DNA of 63,947 nucleotides, taken from positions 1 through 63,947 of the IMG/VR virus record IMGVR_UViG_3300022602_000092; one strand, given 5' to 3'. A program made the position numbers and the translations under genes. Numbering within the stretch: the stretch's first letter is position 1; every line of letters starts with the position of its first letter. The stretch comes from a virus (Duplodnaviria > Caudoviricetes). Positions 9,138 through 18,621 of this stretch are shown piece after piece. The notes under the pieces were generated by a model that ran no database searches, had not been told where the DNA came from, and saw only the letters and a list, made by a program, of their open reading frames with translations.

Positions 9138-9746
9138 TTATTCTACCAATACCCAAGGATCGTTAATTACTGGAGTACCATCTTTGCGTACCATAATGTT
9201 ACCGGAATGCAAGTCCCAAGCATATTTGCTTTTTTGACCTTTTCGATAAAGTTTATCCAAAGTCCATTTCAATAACTCCATGCGTTCTGGAGTTTTAACT
9301 GCTGCAAGAATAATCTTTTCTTCAGCTTTAGTAACCTTGCCTTTCCAACTTGGGAATTCAGTATGAGTACCCAATTCAGATACTGCCTTTTGTAACTTAA
9401 GATTAGTGAATAGTTGCTCGGTACGTATTTGCAAATACATATCGCCTTTGAATTTGAAACTTTCATATCCATAAAAGCGTGGTAGGAAAGGATTGTCCTG
9501 ATGCTTCATACAGAACTTGGCCCACTTAAAAAACATTTTTTGATCTCGAGTAAAATTCTTGCTACCTTCTTGTGTGCCAAATATCTTTAATACATAGCCA
9601 GTGCCGGGCTCCAAGTAAGCCTCTTGATCAACACCGGCGCCAAGAAATTGGTAACCTTTTTTCTTTAGGGTAATTTTTATCCGGTGATCTATGTCACTGT
9701 ACTCGTCCAGTACCTCTGATTCTGCAATAATTTCTGAAATTTTCAT
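9138..9746 (-). CDS. Protein kinase-like protein
   Basis: GAGVDQEAY Gly loop, VLKIF, DLHSGNIM catalytic loop, INDP; start MKISEI after TAAATA. Confidence 0.75.
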   Translation of the reverse strand: MKISEIIAESEVLDEYSDIDHRIKITLKKKGYQFLGAGVDQEAYLEPGTGYVLKIFGTQEGSKNFTRDQKMFFKWAKFCMKHQDNPFLPRFYGYESFKFKGDMYLQIRTEQLFTNLKLQKAVSELGTHTEFPSWKGKVTKAEEKIILAAVKTPERMELLKWTLDKLYRKGQKSKYAWDLHSGNIMVRKDGTPVINDPWVLVE

Positions 9747-9753
9747 TATGTAT

Positions 9754-9936
9754 TTATTTGTCTTCAGGAATCCAACGAAACCAATCACATCGTTGTAGCA
9801 ACATCATCATGTCACTAGCCGGAACACCGGTTTGGTTTGCGGCAAACTCTACAAAGTAACTCCAGTCGACACCAACGTTGTCTCGCCCGTTGCACCACTG
9901 TTGGTACATATTGTGTAGCATACGTTCATTTATCAT
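9754..9936 (-). CDS. Hypothetical protein
   Basis: AAGGAG SD, 60 aa. Confidence 0.6.
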   Translation of the reverse strand: MINERMLHNMYQQWCNGRDNVGVDWSYFVEFAANQTGVPASDMMMLLQRCDWFRWIPEDK

Positions 9937-10069
9937 CGGGTTTCTCCTTGAGTGGGCGGACTCGTTCTTTGACTTCTTTCATCTTGCGTTCTGTTGCAGG
10001 ACTAAGATTTTTTGCGGAAAGGTTCTGCGGGAAATTTTTGGGACGGGGCTTTTTGTTGAACCAACTCAT
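9926..10069 (-). CDS. 47-aa basic peptide (not in ORF track)
   Basis: MSWFNKKPRPKNFPQ...; ATG 7 nt after TAAATA. Confidence 0.5.
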   Translation of the reverse strand: MSWFNKKPRPKNFPQNLSAKNLSPATERKMKEVKERVRPLKEKPDDK

Positions 10070-10133
10070 ATGCTAGTATTTAATCCTTTTGTGAGAGAAT
10101 TTAAATACTACTTAGAAAGGAACTCATATAATA

Positions 10134-10265
10134 ATGAAAACAACCGAGTTCATTGACTTGCTACACGAGATTGGCGCCGGTAAAGTATTGGCCTTTTTTA
10201 TTGGTATCGGAACACTGGCTGCGTCAATCGCTCTCGCCGTCGTCTACTTTCACGTGCGACGCTGA
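10134..10265 (+). CDS. 43-aa single-TM peptide (not in ORF track)
   Basis: MKTTEFIDLLHEIGAGKVLAFFIGIGTLAASIALAVVYFHVRR; TAAATA and AAGGA upstream. Confidence 0.5.
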   Translation: MKTTEFIDLLHEIGAGKVLAFFIGIGTLAASIALAVVYFHVRR

Positions 10266-11078
10266 TGCATCCGTTAGTTGTTTATATCTTGTGTCTGCTC
10301 TGGTATTTGCTTCTTCTAGCACTCTAGCGATCTCTTGCCGACGTAGTAATTCTAGTTTGGCCTGGGCATCGTGTTTGACCCATTCAGGATGACGTATTTG
10401 AGTTTCGTGTGCAATAACCGCAAACATACCTCCGCAGAAGAACAATAAAAACAAAAAGAATCCGCCTATGTAAGCATCAGCCTTGATTTGTGCCATAAAT
10501 CTGGCTTTGCGCTTGGCTGCGGCTGCATCGGCACGAACTTTTCTTTGTAAATGAACTTCCTGTTGTTTGCCCAGTTCCTCCATCATTTTGTTGACGTCGG
10601 TCCATAGCGCACCCAGTTCGGGAGGACTTTGATATACCACAGTTTCACGTAGATCCACTTGCATTTGTTCCAATTTCTTTTTCATTAGAACACGTTGTAG
10701 TGCACGTTTGCCTAGACTGGCATCTCCGGTGTATAACTCGTCTTTGCTGTGTTTTTCTTCCTCAGCGAGAATTGTTCGGCACTTGTGGTAGTTGTCAAAG
10801 AACTCGCCTAGTTTTTCGCCAATCTCTGCGTAGATATCGTCGGTTTCGCCACCCTTTTTGTTGAGTTCGACCACACGATTCTTTTCTTCTATGTACTGTT
10901 TACGTGCTTCCGGACTAGGGGGTTTGTCTTTGTGTGCTTTGTTGAATTGATCATCAAGGTCTTTTAGCACGGCCTTAACGTCCCCGGCCGCACCTTTGAT
11001 GTCTTTGTATAATTGACAGCCCTTTTTAATAGCGGTTACCGCGCCATTAGCAAGGGCAAATAATGTTAATGGATCCAT
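10224..11078 (-). CDS. Coiled-coil membrane protein
   Basis: MDPLTLFALA N-terminus, coiled coils, one C-proximal TM. Confidence 0.75.
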   Translation of the reverse strand: MDPLTLFALANGAVTAIKKGCQLYKDIKGAAGDVKAVLKDLDDQFNKAHKDKPPSPEARKQYIEEKNRVVELNKKGGETDDIYAEIGEKLGEFFDNYHKCRTILAEEEKHSKDELYTGDASLGKRALQRVLMKKKLEQMQVDLRETVVYQSPPELGALWTDVNKMMEELGKQQEVHLQRKVRADAAAAKRKARFMAQIKADAYIGGFFLFLLFFCGGMFAVIAHETQIRHPEWVKHDAQAKLELLRRQEIARVLEEANTRADTRYKQLTDASASHVKVDDGESD

Positions 11079-11132
11079 TTCCCAAAGCCCCTATTTATTA
11101 TTTACGGGCCTGGGGTTAAAAATTATCTGTAC

Positions 11133-12041
11133 TTATTTGTTCAAAAACTGTTTTACTTTGATTCTGTAGTTATCATAGTAGTTATTGATTGCTTTGGTGT
11201 CATTGGTTGCATCTGGTAGTAGATATAAATTTTTAATACCTTCTGCAACCACTGGATCTCGTACCGCATCCCACAGTATTTTTTTAAGTCTTTCTGCACG
11301 TTCTGGACGCATTTGCGGTTGTAGATCTAAACTTAAAAAGCCAGTGAATTGACTAATACCCAATTGTCGATTGGCCGAGGGAATAAAAATATCATCCACT
11401 GTGATGTCATTTTTATAAGTGTTGCCAATGATGTGTATCTTACCGGTCTTGACCATTTGTATTAGATTTGAGTTGAGTGCAACAACTGCTAGGGGCAAGG
11501 TGCCATTTAACAAGTCTACTATAATCTCGTTTGTACCTTTGTAGGGCACTATGGTAATGGGTTTTAAGTTCTTTTCCTTGACCAAGGCCAATGCGTTATA
11601 GTTATAACTATGACTATAACCACCTATTAGGTCCGGTAGATTTGACAACATATCACGTGGAGTACGAATCTTGCTGTCTGCTCTAACGATCCACAAGCCC
11701 ACGCTGGTGCCAATGTATATTGCATGATCAAAATCTGCATCCGTATACTGTAGATTATCTTTTAACAAAGGATTGAAAATTGTTTGACTCCCAGATCCCA
11801 TGATGACATCTATGCTTTTATTGTTTTTAAAATGAGTGGCACCCACTGCTGTTTCAGCACCGGGCATGTTTTCAATTATAATATGATCCTGTGTATTGCG
11901 CTCAACACTGGCCTGCAACATACGTGCCACAGAATCTGTTTGATTGCCAGCGGGAAACGGTACTATCATTTTGTACTCTTCGGCATGGGCCAAAGATATC
12001 AATAAACCTATTCCAAATAGTAAGCGGGTGATATACTGCAT
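11133..12041 (-). CDS. Bug/TctC tripartite tricarboxylate transporter substrate-binding protein
   Basis: Signal peptide; IVPFPAGNQTDSVAR, ENMPGA, VPYKG motifs. Confidence 0.85.
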   Translation of the reverse strand: MQYITRLLFGIGLLISLAHAEEYKMIVPFPAGNQTDSVARMLQASVERNTQDHIIIENMPGAETAVGATHFKNNKSIDVIMGSGSQTIFNPLLKDNLQYTDADFDHAIYIGTSVGLWIVRADSKIRTPRDMLSNLPDLIGGYSHSYNYNALALVKEKNLKPITIVPYKGTNEIIVDLLNGTLPLAVVALNSNLIQMVKTGKIHIIGNTYKNDITVDDIFIPSANRQLGISQFTGFLSLDLQPQMRPERAERLKKILWDAVRDPVVAEGIKNLYLLPDATNDTKAINNYYDNYRIKVKQFLNK

Positions 12042-13165
12042 TTTAATCCTTTTTCTATATCAGTGGGGTCGTTGAGCCAATAGGGATCCAGTTGTGCTAG
12101 ATGCCCTTTTAGCATTGTTAGTTGTGTTTGGTACCAACTGTCCTTGTTCCATACTATATCTCTATAACTTGATACAACACTTATGGGTTTACCAGCACTA
12201 AAGGTCTTGGCACTGAATTTGGGGTATATCAGTGTATTGATTAAATTACGATAACTTAATCCATCTTCAGTGTGTTTATTTGCAAAAATCTGCTCAATGT
12301 CCGGTAAGTCTATTAGTGTGTCACTGTAGTATTTGTCTTGTTTATAAATTTTGTGCTTTTCAAAAAAACGTTTTAGTATGTGTGCTTGTTTGCAGACTAT
12401 GTCCGCAGTCTCCGGAGCCCAATAAAACAATTCATCATACTCATAATCTCTGTTTACAATCTGCGTTCTACTGCTGAGACCTGCATCAATTACATCCAAA
12501 AACTTTATGCAATAGCGATTGTTTTCTTGATATAATCGAGGTTTATCACAACCCCAAACAAACACAACCTTTTTACCCTGTTCAATTAGTTTTTGATAGT
12601 CGGGAGTTGTTTCACGAATATAACTTTTACTCAAATGGCTTGTGCCCCAGTGTGCGCTGGCATAATAAGCACGATTGGTTCGATAATGATCGTTGCTTAA
12701 TATTTTACTGGCAACATCACTTAGGTCAATAACTCTATGCTTGAACTTTACGCCCTGTGCCGCCAATAGTTTTAATCTAGGGTAACTTACATTTACTTGT
12801 TCACTGTTAAAGAAGTTAGTGGGATCACTGTCCGCGGACAAATAGTTAAATGTAGCAACTTCATCTATGGCAACGTCATTGTCCACAAATGTGTCCAATA
12901 TGTTACTGCTGTCTGCGCCACCACTGTAAAACAACACCACGTAGTCATAGTCTGCACGTATTTGTCGTGCACGACGAGCATACAACTCCTCCAATGACTC
13001 AGTGGGTTCTATTTGCCAATTGTAAGCGTTAAAATACAACTCATTAAAATCCCAATGCGGATGTATGCCCGTGCGTTTGTGTAGTTCTATAGCCTCAACT
13101 TTGCTATAGGTTCTAAAATCACCCACACGGTAATAACCAAATTTGTCTTTGTTATTGCCCAGCAT
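12008..13165 (-). CDS. PP-loop (N-type ATP pyrophosphatase / asparagine-synthase-like) protein
   Basis: YSGGADS PP-loop; GCDKP; ELFYW shared with three paralogs. Confidence 0.75.
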   Translation of the reverse strand: MLGNNKDKFGYYRVGDFRTYSKVEAIELHKRTGIHPHWDFNELYFNAYNWQIEPTESLEELYARRARQIRADYDYVVLFYSGGADSSNILDTFVDNDVAIDEVATFNYLSADSDPTNFFNSEQVNVSYPRLKLLAAQGVKFKHRVIDLSDVASKILSNDHYRTNRAYYASAHWGTSHLSKSYIRETTPDYQKLIEQGKKVVFVWGCDKPRLYQENNRYCIKFLDVIDAGLSSRTQIVNRDYEYDELFYWAPETADIVCKQAHILKRFFEKHKIYKQDKYYSDTLIDLPDIEQIFANKHTEDGLSYRNLINTLIYPKFSAKTFSAGKPISVVSSYRDIVWNKDSWYQTQLTMLKGHLAQLDPYWLNDPTDIEKGLKCSISPAYYLE

Positions 13166-13767
13166 TATGCATCAAGGAAACTTGTGTCCCCAATTCCGGC
13201 AACTGTTTCCACAGCCAGTCTATTCAACAAACTAATATGCAGTGAAATTCTAGTTCTGTGCAAATTCTCAACACTATGCAAAACAGTGGTGTCTATTAGA
13301 GTCCACTTACCTCGGGGCAACCTTATTTTGTCAATGAATTCAAGTTGTGTTAAATCCTCGCCCTGTGTCTTGGGTGGACGATGTAGGGGCTTGCCCTTTT
13401 CCTGCCAGTAATATAACTCGGCGTTGTCCCCGCCCAACTCCACATCCCATAGCATAACATAGTTGCGTACACCATCTGTATGTGCTCCTGTGCTACGTGC
13501 GATGTCAGTGGGTTCAATACTCACATAGTTGACCCCGGCATCAACGATATGTTTGGTCACATTCTCTTTGACCCATTTCTCAAATTCAGGATATGCTTGT
13601 CTTGTGTTTACACCTGCGGGCAAGTTGTATCCATTCCAATTCTTTAGTGTGCGAGTATGAAAGTAACCGATCTCGCTCATGTTGGGGCGCTTGTTTCTGT
13701 CAATGCCGTCAATGATCCATTGCGGTGGTGTGGGCACGTTGTCTAGTGCTCGAAATAAAAATGTCAT
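13165..13767 (-). CDS. Putative 2OG-Fe(II)/cupin-like oxygenase
   Basis: HTD...LHSV...R pattern resembling HxD..H triad. Confidence 0.45.
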   Translation of the reverse strand: MTFLFRALDNVPTPPQWIIDGIDRNKRPNMSEIGYFHTRTLKNWNGYNLPAGVNTRQAYPEFEKWVKENVTKHIVDAGVNYVSIEPTDIARSTGAHTDGVRNYVMLWDVELGGDNAELYYWQEKGKPLHRPPKTQGEDLTQLEFIDKIRLPRGKWTLIDTTVLHSVENLHRTRISLHISLLNRLAVETVAGIGDTSFLDA

Positions 13768-13773
13768 ATGAAT

Positions 13774-14616
13774 TTATCCCTTGGTATGTATTTTGTTTTT
13801 CATTAGCAAGTACAACAATCTCATTCGTACTTTGGATGCAGGCAGATATCGACCATTAAAATTGTACACTGGAGTTAGTGTACCAGCAGTGCTGGTGGTA
13901 AACATATCATCACAGTCTAATAACATTGGTTCATCAATGTCAGTAAATTCAAATGGGATACCATCAGTGTCACACAAATTTTTAATTAGTTGCATAGAGA
14001 CACCGGGTAAACAATTTGTTGCCGGAGCCAGAACTTTGCCATCTTTTATTATAGCAACATTAAATCCCGGACCCTCGGTCAAATAACCATCTTGACTTAA
14101 TAAGATTGCTGAATCAAATCCATGATCAATTGCTTCCCACTGCGCCATAGTTAAATCTTGCCAAGCAAAATTCTTATATTTTTGATTTACTATATCATCT
14201 GGAATTCTTCGTTGCTGGGCCAACCACAGTGCCATATTATTACTACCATTCCATCTGTACTCACGGGCATAGCACATCAAATTGGGCACACAACTTTCTA
14301 AATTTCTATCCCCCACCAAAGAGACTCCCCGGGTCACTGTTAGCCAAATTAAACTATGTGCCCACCCGGATCTAGCATGACATTCAGTTACGATATCTGT
14401 TAATTCCTTTGGTGTATATAATAAATCAAATCTTGAATACTCGCAACTGGCAACAAATCTATCTATATGATTTGAGATATTGCGGCCATTGTTGTTGATA
14501 AATGCCATTACATCATAAGTGGCATCGCTGTGAGTAAATCCAAGATCCAATACGCTTATTTTTAGATCTCGGACCTTACACCATCGTCCATTGTACCAGG
14601 CTACGTTATCTTGCAT
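13774..14616 (-). CDS. Class IV aminotransferase (IlvE/Dat-like)
   Basis: DLGF, HIDRF, KYKN (PLP Lys), LTEGPGFN, LPGVS motifs. Confidence 0.9.
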   Translation of the reverse strand: MQDNVAWYNGRWCKVRDLKISVLDLGFTHSDATYDVMAFINNNGRNISNHIDRFVASCEYSRFDLLYTPKELTDIVTECHARSGWAHSLIWLTVTRGVSLVGDRNLESCVPNLMCYAREYRWNGSNNMALWLAQQRRIPDDIVNQKYKNFAWQDLTMAQWEAIDHGFDSAILLSQDGYLTEGPGFNVAIIKDGKVLAPATNCLPGVSMQLIKNLCDTDGIPFEFTDIDEPMLLDCDDMFTTSTAGTLTPVYNFNGRYLPASKVRMRLLYLLMKNKIHTKG

Positions 14617-15148
14617 TTTTTGGGTTAGGGATTTTCAATGCCCTGAAAGTTTCTTGAATTGCTTGTGCTTGACTCACACAATCTGCCAGTGCATTGTGCA
14701 AATCTTCTTTGTTCTTTTCTCTGGGATCGCCATGTACTTTCAACAATGTACGACTATCACGTATTTGCCAGTAGTACCAAGGCGCTGGACGTCCATACAT
14801 ACGATACATATTTTCCAAGCATCCAATATCAAATACTGATCCCTGTGCCCATATGTTTGTGACTCCTACCACAAACTTATTTAACTGTGTCAACATGTCT
14901 TCAACAGGAATCCTACCATCAGTGCCCAGGGCTTCTTCTCGTACATCTGGATGTTGTCGTCCCCACCACTCAACAGTGTCTTCCTCAACATAACGACCCT
15001 TTTCAATTTGTCCATCTACATCAGGTCTGATATACAGGGTGTCACCAAAACTGTCCGGTGTATAGGGGTCAAATTTGACTGCACCCAATGTCAGTATTAC
15101 TGCATCGGGTCTTGTACTCAGCGATTCTAAATCCAGCATTATATCCAT
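14606..15148 (-). CDS. DEDD 3'-5' exo(ribo)nuclease
   Basis: MLDLESL, FD, RD, HNALAD motifs. Confidence 0.85.
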   Translation of the reverse strand: MDIMLDLESLSTRPDAVILTLGAVKFDPYTPDSFGDTLYIRPDVDGQIEKGRYVEEDTVEWWGRQHPDVREEALGTDGRIPVEDMLTQLNKFVVGVTNIWAQGSVFDIGCLENMYRMYGRPAPWYYWQIRDSRTLLKVHGDPREKNKEDLHNALADCVSQAQAIQETFRALKIPNPKNAR

Positions 15149-15154
15149 AATAGT

Positions 15155-15183
15155 ATTATAGTAGATTATTCAATTAATAGCAA
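15155..15183 (-). promoter_or_regulatory. Sigma70-type promoter, probably leaderless
   Basis: TTGCTA-N17-TATAAT-N6-ATG. Confidence 0.65.
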
Positions 15184-15184
15184 A

Positions 15185-16318
15185 TTATTCGACTAGATAA
15201 TATTGGCTGGGTATAAAAGTAAGCCCACCAATTTTACCCAGTCTCTTGTCGAGAAAACTGGATGTTTTCTCAGTGATGTATTGTTTTAGTGCCCAATTCC
15301 AAGACTCAACAAAACGTGGGTTATACTGTTGTATCCATGATTCATTTTCTGTTATGATGGTTCCGGCCTGCTTTTGTACTTGGAACGTGCCTAAATCATA
15401 ATCAGGATAGCAGGCCATTTGATACAACATCCTAAATTTATTATATTTTTCTATATGACTCACATTGCTCAAGCCGGGGTTATCCCAAACTTCTAGATCC
15501 GGACGTAGTTTGACCAAATCCTTGATGCAGTGTGCTTGTAGTATGGGGATGGTGGGAAAGTCTCGACTCCAATAAAATAATTCCACTTGCTTGTGCTCGG
15601 GCATACTGTCCAAATTAAACATATCCCTGAAACAAGCATTGAATTTGGATTTACCCGTAACAGCGTCTGTGGTTTTGTAACAATTGATTTTTTCAATTCC
15701 AATTACGTGTGCTACAGTTTCGCCACGACTTTCAGCAAGAGTTTCATTGTCTGATTGCTTGGCAAATTTAAACATGGTTGACATGTGTTGATATTTGTTC
15801 ATTTTGGCAATGTCTTTTTCCGACAATGCATCTATGTTAAATGAATCAGAATAATCCAAAATAGATATATTTGTTTTTGGATGTGTCTTTTTGATGTCTT
15901 CTAGTACTGGCAATACTGCATATTCAAACTCACTGGTCAAGTTGTCTGCATTTAGATTTAGGGGATCTGCTGGTCTATACTTGCGCTCGGCAAAGGGCCA
16001 ACGTGTTCTAACCTCGTCAAGATGTATACCATTGGCAAGGAAACTGTGTAACACAGTCCAAGAATCCATACCACCACTGAAGTGCACCACAACATAATCG
16101 TAGTTGTCCCTAATCTGTTGTGCACGATCTCGGTACAAATCACGTAACGTGCCACTGGGTCTGATGGTCCAGTCAATCTTGGCAAATACATCATCATGAA
16201 AGTGCCAAGTTATGGGCTGATGTCTTGTTTGGGCATTGTAGATTGCCTCAAGTTTGTTTAGATAAACGTCAGCACCCACTTGATAATAACCATATGGGTA
16301 ATTAATGTGCTGGATCAT
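15185..16318 (-). CDS. PP-loop ATPase paralog
   Basis: FSGGMDS; GYYQVG, LYRDRAQQIR, ELFYW. Confidence 0.75.
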   Translation of the reverse strand: MIQHINYPYGYYQVGADVYLNKLEAIYNAQTRHQPITWHFHDDVFAKIDWTIRPSGTLRDLYRDRAQQIRDNYDYVVVHFSGGMDSWTVLHSFLANGIHLDEVRTRWPFAERKYRPADPLNLNADNLTSEFEYAVLPVLEDIKKTHPKTNISILDYSDSFNIDALSEKDIAKMNKYQHMSTMFKFAKQSDNETLAESRGETVAHVIGIEKINCYKTTDAVTGKSKFNACFRDMFNLDSMPEHKQVELFYWSRDFPTIPILQAHCIKDLVKLRPDLEVWDNPGLSNVSHIEKYNKFRMLYQMACYPDYDLGTFQVQKQAGTIITENESWIQQYNPRFVESWNWALKQYITEKTSSFLDKRLGKIGGLTFIPSQYYLVE

Positions 16319-17201
16319 TCTTTATTAGATTTTTCCATTTGGCATGATCTTTGTTAAAAAATTCCACAGTCTCGTTTAGATTTAAATTTGCCGGAATACT
16401 GTAATCATATCCATACAGCACATAATTGAACTTGTTTGCCTCAAAAAATATATCATGCAATTCTTTGATCACCTCGGGTGCAGTATCGGCTCGCACCAAC
16501 ATCATGTAATCTGATGTCAAATGCTCAAATCCCCGTATGTGCTGGCTGGCAAATGTGGGGAATAATTTGTTATTTGCCACACCAGTCGATCCAATGGCAT
16601 TGAGATTGTGCCCCTCTATCCACGGCACTGCGCTAGAAGGTACATCAATATTTAGATCAAGTACTCCGCCCAATACATCTTTAGTGGGCGCACTTGTACT
16701 ATTGTAGCCCACTATAATTATTTCTGTGTTGGGCAATAACTTTTGTAATTGGCGAGCAACTACTTCTGTTTGATGTCCCAATATTGCGCCCACAGTCAAA
16801 GACTTTTGTTGTTTTAATTCATCAAAGGATTTATATTTTTTACTGACCACGATGTAGGGCAAGTCTTGGCATTCTATTAGCACAGGAGCAAAGTCAGATA
16901 CATTGTAACTTTCATTTGGATAGTACAAGGGCCTTATAAAGAAACTGCTGGGAGTGCTGAGAACGACTGCACCAGGTCGAGCAGACAGTGTATGCCCAAC
17001 TGCCACTTGCCCGCCACCACCAACACGACTTTCGAATGTAAAAACATATTTGGACTGTTGTGCGTTGCTTTGGGCAATTATAGTTCTAATATAGTTTGCT
17101 TGATTTGAGCCGGGATTGAGCGGCCAAACAATAGAAACCGGTATTGGTGCGGCCAATGACATATTCATTACGAACAATATCAACAGCCATGCACGATGCA
17201 T
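16302..17201 (-). CDS. Bug/TctC substrate-binding protein (second copy)
   Basis: Start MHRAWLL signal peptide; IVWPLNPGS, VGGGGQVA, GY..DVLGG.LD. Confidence 0.75.
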   Translation of the reverse strand: MHRAWLLILFVMNMSLAAPIPVSIVWPLNPGSNQANYIRTIIAQSNAQQSKYVFTFESRVGGGGQVAVGHTLSARPGAVVLSTPSSFFIRPLYYPNESYNVSDFAPVLIECQDLPYIVVSKKYKSFDELKQQKSLTVGAILGHQTEVVARQLQKLLPNTEIIIVGYNSTSAPTKDVLGGVLDLNIDVPSSAVPWIEGHNLNAIGSTGVANNKLFPTFASQHIRGFEHLTSDYMMLVRADTAPEVIKELHDIFFEANKFNYVLYGYDYSIPANLNLNETVEFFNKDHAKWKNLIKNDPAH

Positions 17202-17202
17202 T

Positions 17203-17682
17203 TTATTTTTTGCCTGATAAGAGTTTTTGACTTTCTGCAGCCACAACACGTTGACGCAAACTGCTACTGGAGAAAGAATGATCTCTACTATTGAATACAT
17301 TTTCGATCTGCATTGCGGCGCCTTCATTGCGTCCAGTAAAGTTTGTGTCTTCGTACTCGCTACCTAATATACGTACATCAATTGGTAGTGTTAGTAATAT
17401 ATCTATTAGGTCTTGTTCTGTGGTGTAGACAATAATTTCATCTACATAACGGCATGCGCCCAATTGTATTTGTCGTTCCACAATGCTTTGCACCGGGGGA
17501 TTTTTAGTATCCGGGCGGTCAATACTTGCGTCAGTTTGTAAACCTGCAATTAAGTAATCGCAGTGATTTTTTGCTTCGGCTAGCATGGCAATGTGTCCGG
17601 CATGTAGCATGTCAAATTGCGAGAAGGTGATGCCAATGCGTTTACCTTGGGCTTTGAGTTCTTTGATTCTATTGAATATCAT
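17203..17682 (-). CDS. Cytidylyltransferase (TagD-like)
   Basis: FDMLHAGH HxGH motif; RDHSFSSS. Confidence 0.85.
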   Translation of the reverse strand: MIFNRIKELKAQGKRIGITFSQFDMLHAGHIAMLAEAKNHCDYLIAGLQTDASIDRPDTKNPPVQSIVERQIQLGACRYVDEIIVYTTEQDLIDILLTLPIDVRILGSEYEDTNFTGRNEGAAMQIENVFNSRDHSFSSSSLRQRVVAAESQKLLSGKK

Positions 17683-17999
17683 ATGTCTTGTTCTATTTTA
17701 ACTTGTAATGGAAATCCATGTTGACGAGCCAGTAGCGTAACTTCAATGCCCTTTTGTTCAGCCATCTCGTAGGGCAAATTGGCAACTACTGCGCTTTCTT
17801 CATCATGCACCTTCATGGTCAATGCTTCTGCACTGTCTCGGTTGTAGCCAAAAATTTCTGTTAGTGTTTCCACAACAAATTCAAAAGTTGTTACTTCATC
17901 ATTGACGTAGATAACATTAAAGTTCTTGGGTTCCTTGTACTCCTCTTTGGGAGCAATCTTGGGTCTAATTTCTGTTAGGGTTTTTGTATCTGTAGTCAT
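17679..17999 (-). CDS. clpS: ATP-dependent Clp protease adaptor ClpS
   Basis: VIYVNDEVTTFEFV, VH, EMAE.K, FPL. Confidence 0.9.
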   Translation of the reverse strand: MTTDTKTLTEIRPKIAPKEEYKEPKNFNVIYVNDEVTTFEFVVETLTEIFGYNRDSAEALTMKVHDEESAVVANLPYEMAEQKGIEVTLLARQHGFPLQVKIEQDI

Positions 18000-18004
18000 A
18001 ATAT

Positions 18005-18034
18005 GAATAAAGGGGTAGTTGTATACCCCTTATT
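18005..18034 (-). terminator. Stem-loop after hsp20
   Basis: AGGGGTA-loop-TACCCCT followed by TTATT. Confidence 0.55.
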
Positions 18035-18049
18035 TTACGCGAAATTTAA

Positions 18050-18508
18050 TTATTTCGCAAATGAAATGGCAATCTTTTTAGGCTTTTGTTCTTCAGGGAT
18101 TACCTGTTCTAGAGCAATTGCCAAAATACCATTCTTTACGTTGGCACCTCGAACTTCAATGTGTTCGGCCAAAGGGAAAGTACGTGTGAAATCTCGGTTA
18201 CTGATACCTTTGTGTAGGTATTCTAATTCGGATTCATCTGTACGGTTACGCTCACCTTTTACAGTTAGCACGTTTTCCTTTAGTTCCACATCGATTTCAT
18301 CCTCTGCAAATCCGGCTACTGCCAGTTCAATTGCATAGTGTGTGTCATCTAATTTGACCACATTGTGTGGAGGATAATTACCATCCGCTTTGCTATTGGC
18401 AAATGTGCGATTTAGTTGATCAAACATGTGATCAAAGCCAATACTGTGGCGGTGCAACTGAGTTGCTAATTGTGGTAAATCGAGAGTGTGAATTGAAAAT
18501 TGTGTCAT
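18050..18508 (-). CDS. Small heat shock protein Hsp20/IbpA
   Basis: IGFD, YPPHN, ELAVAGF, YLHKGISNRDF, NGIL. Confidence 0.95.
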   Translation of the reverse strand: MTQFSIHTLDLPQLATQLHRHSIGFDHMFDQLNRTFANSKADGNYPPHNVVKLDDTHYAIELAVAGFAEDEIDVELKENVLTVKGERNRTDESELEYLHKGISNRDFTRTFPLAEHIEVRGANVKNGILAIALEQVIPEEQKPKKIAISFAK

Positions 18509-18572
18509 GTTTTTCTCCTATTAAGCAAGTTTTATGACTTTGTAATGTAGCCCCGGAATTGGGCACTACACA
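18504..18572 (-). promoter_or_regulatory. ROSE-like RNA thermometer in hsp20 5'UTR
   Basis: 5' hairpin TGTAGTGCCC/GGGGCTACA, then GTCAT-aaaa-CTTGCT-taat-AGGAG-aaaaac-ATGAC. Confidence 0.7.
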
Positions 18573-18621
18573 TTTATTTATTATATACTACTATTAATAA
18601 TATACAAATAAATTGAACAAA

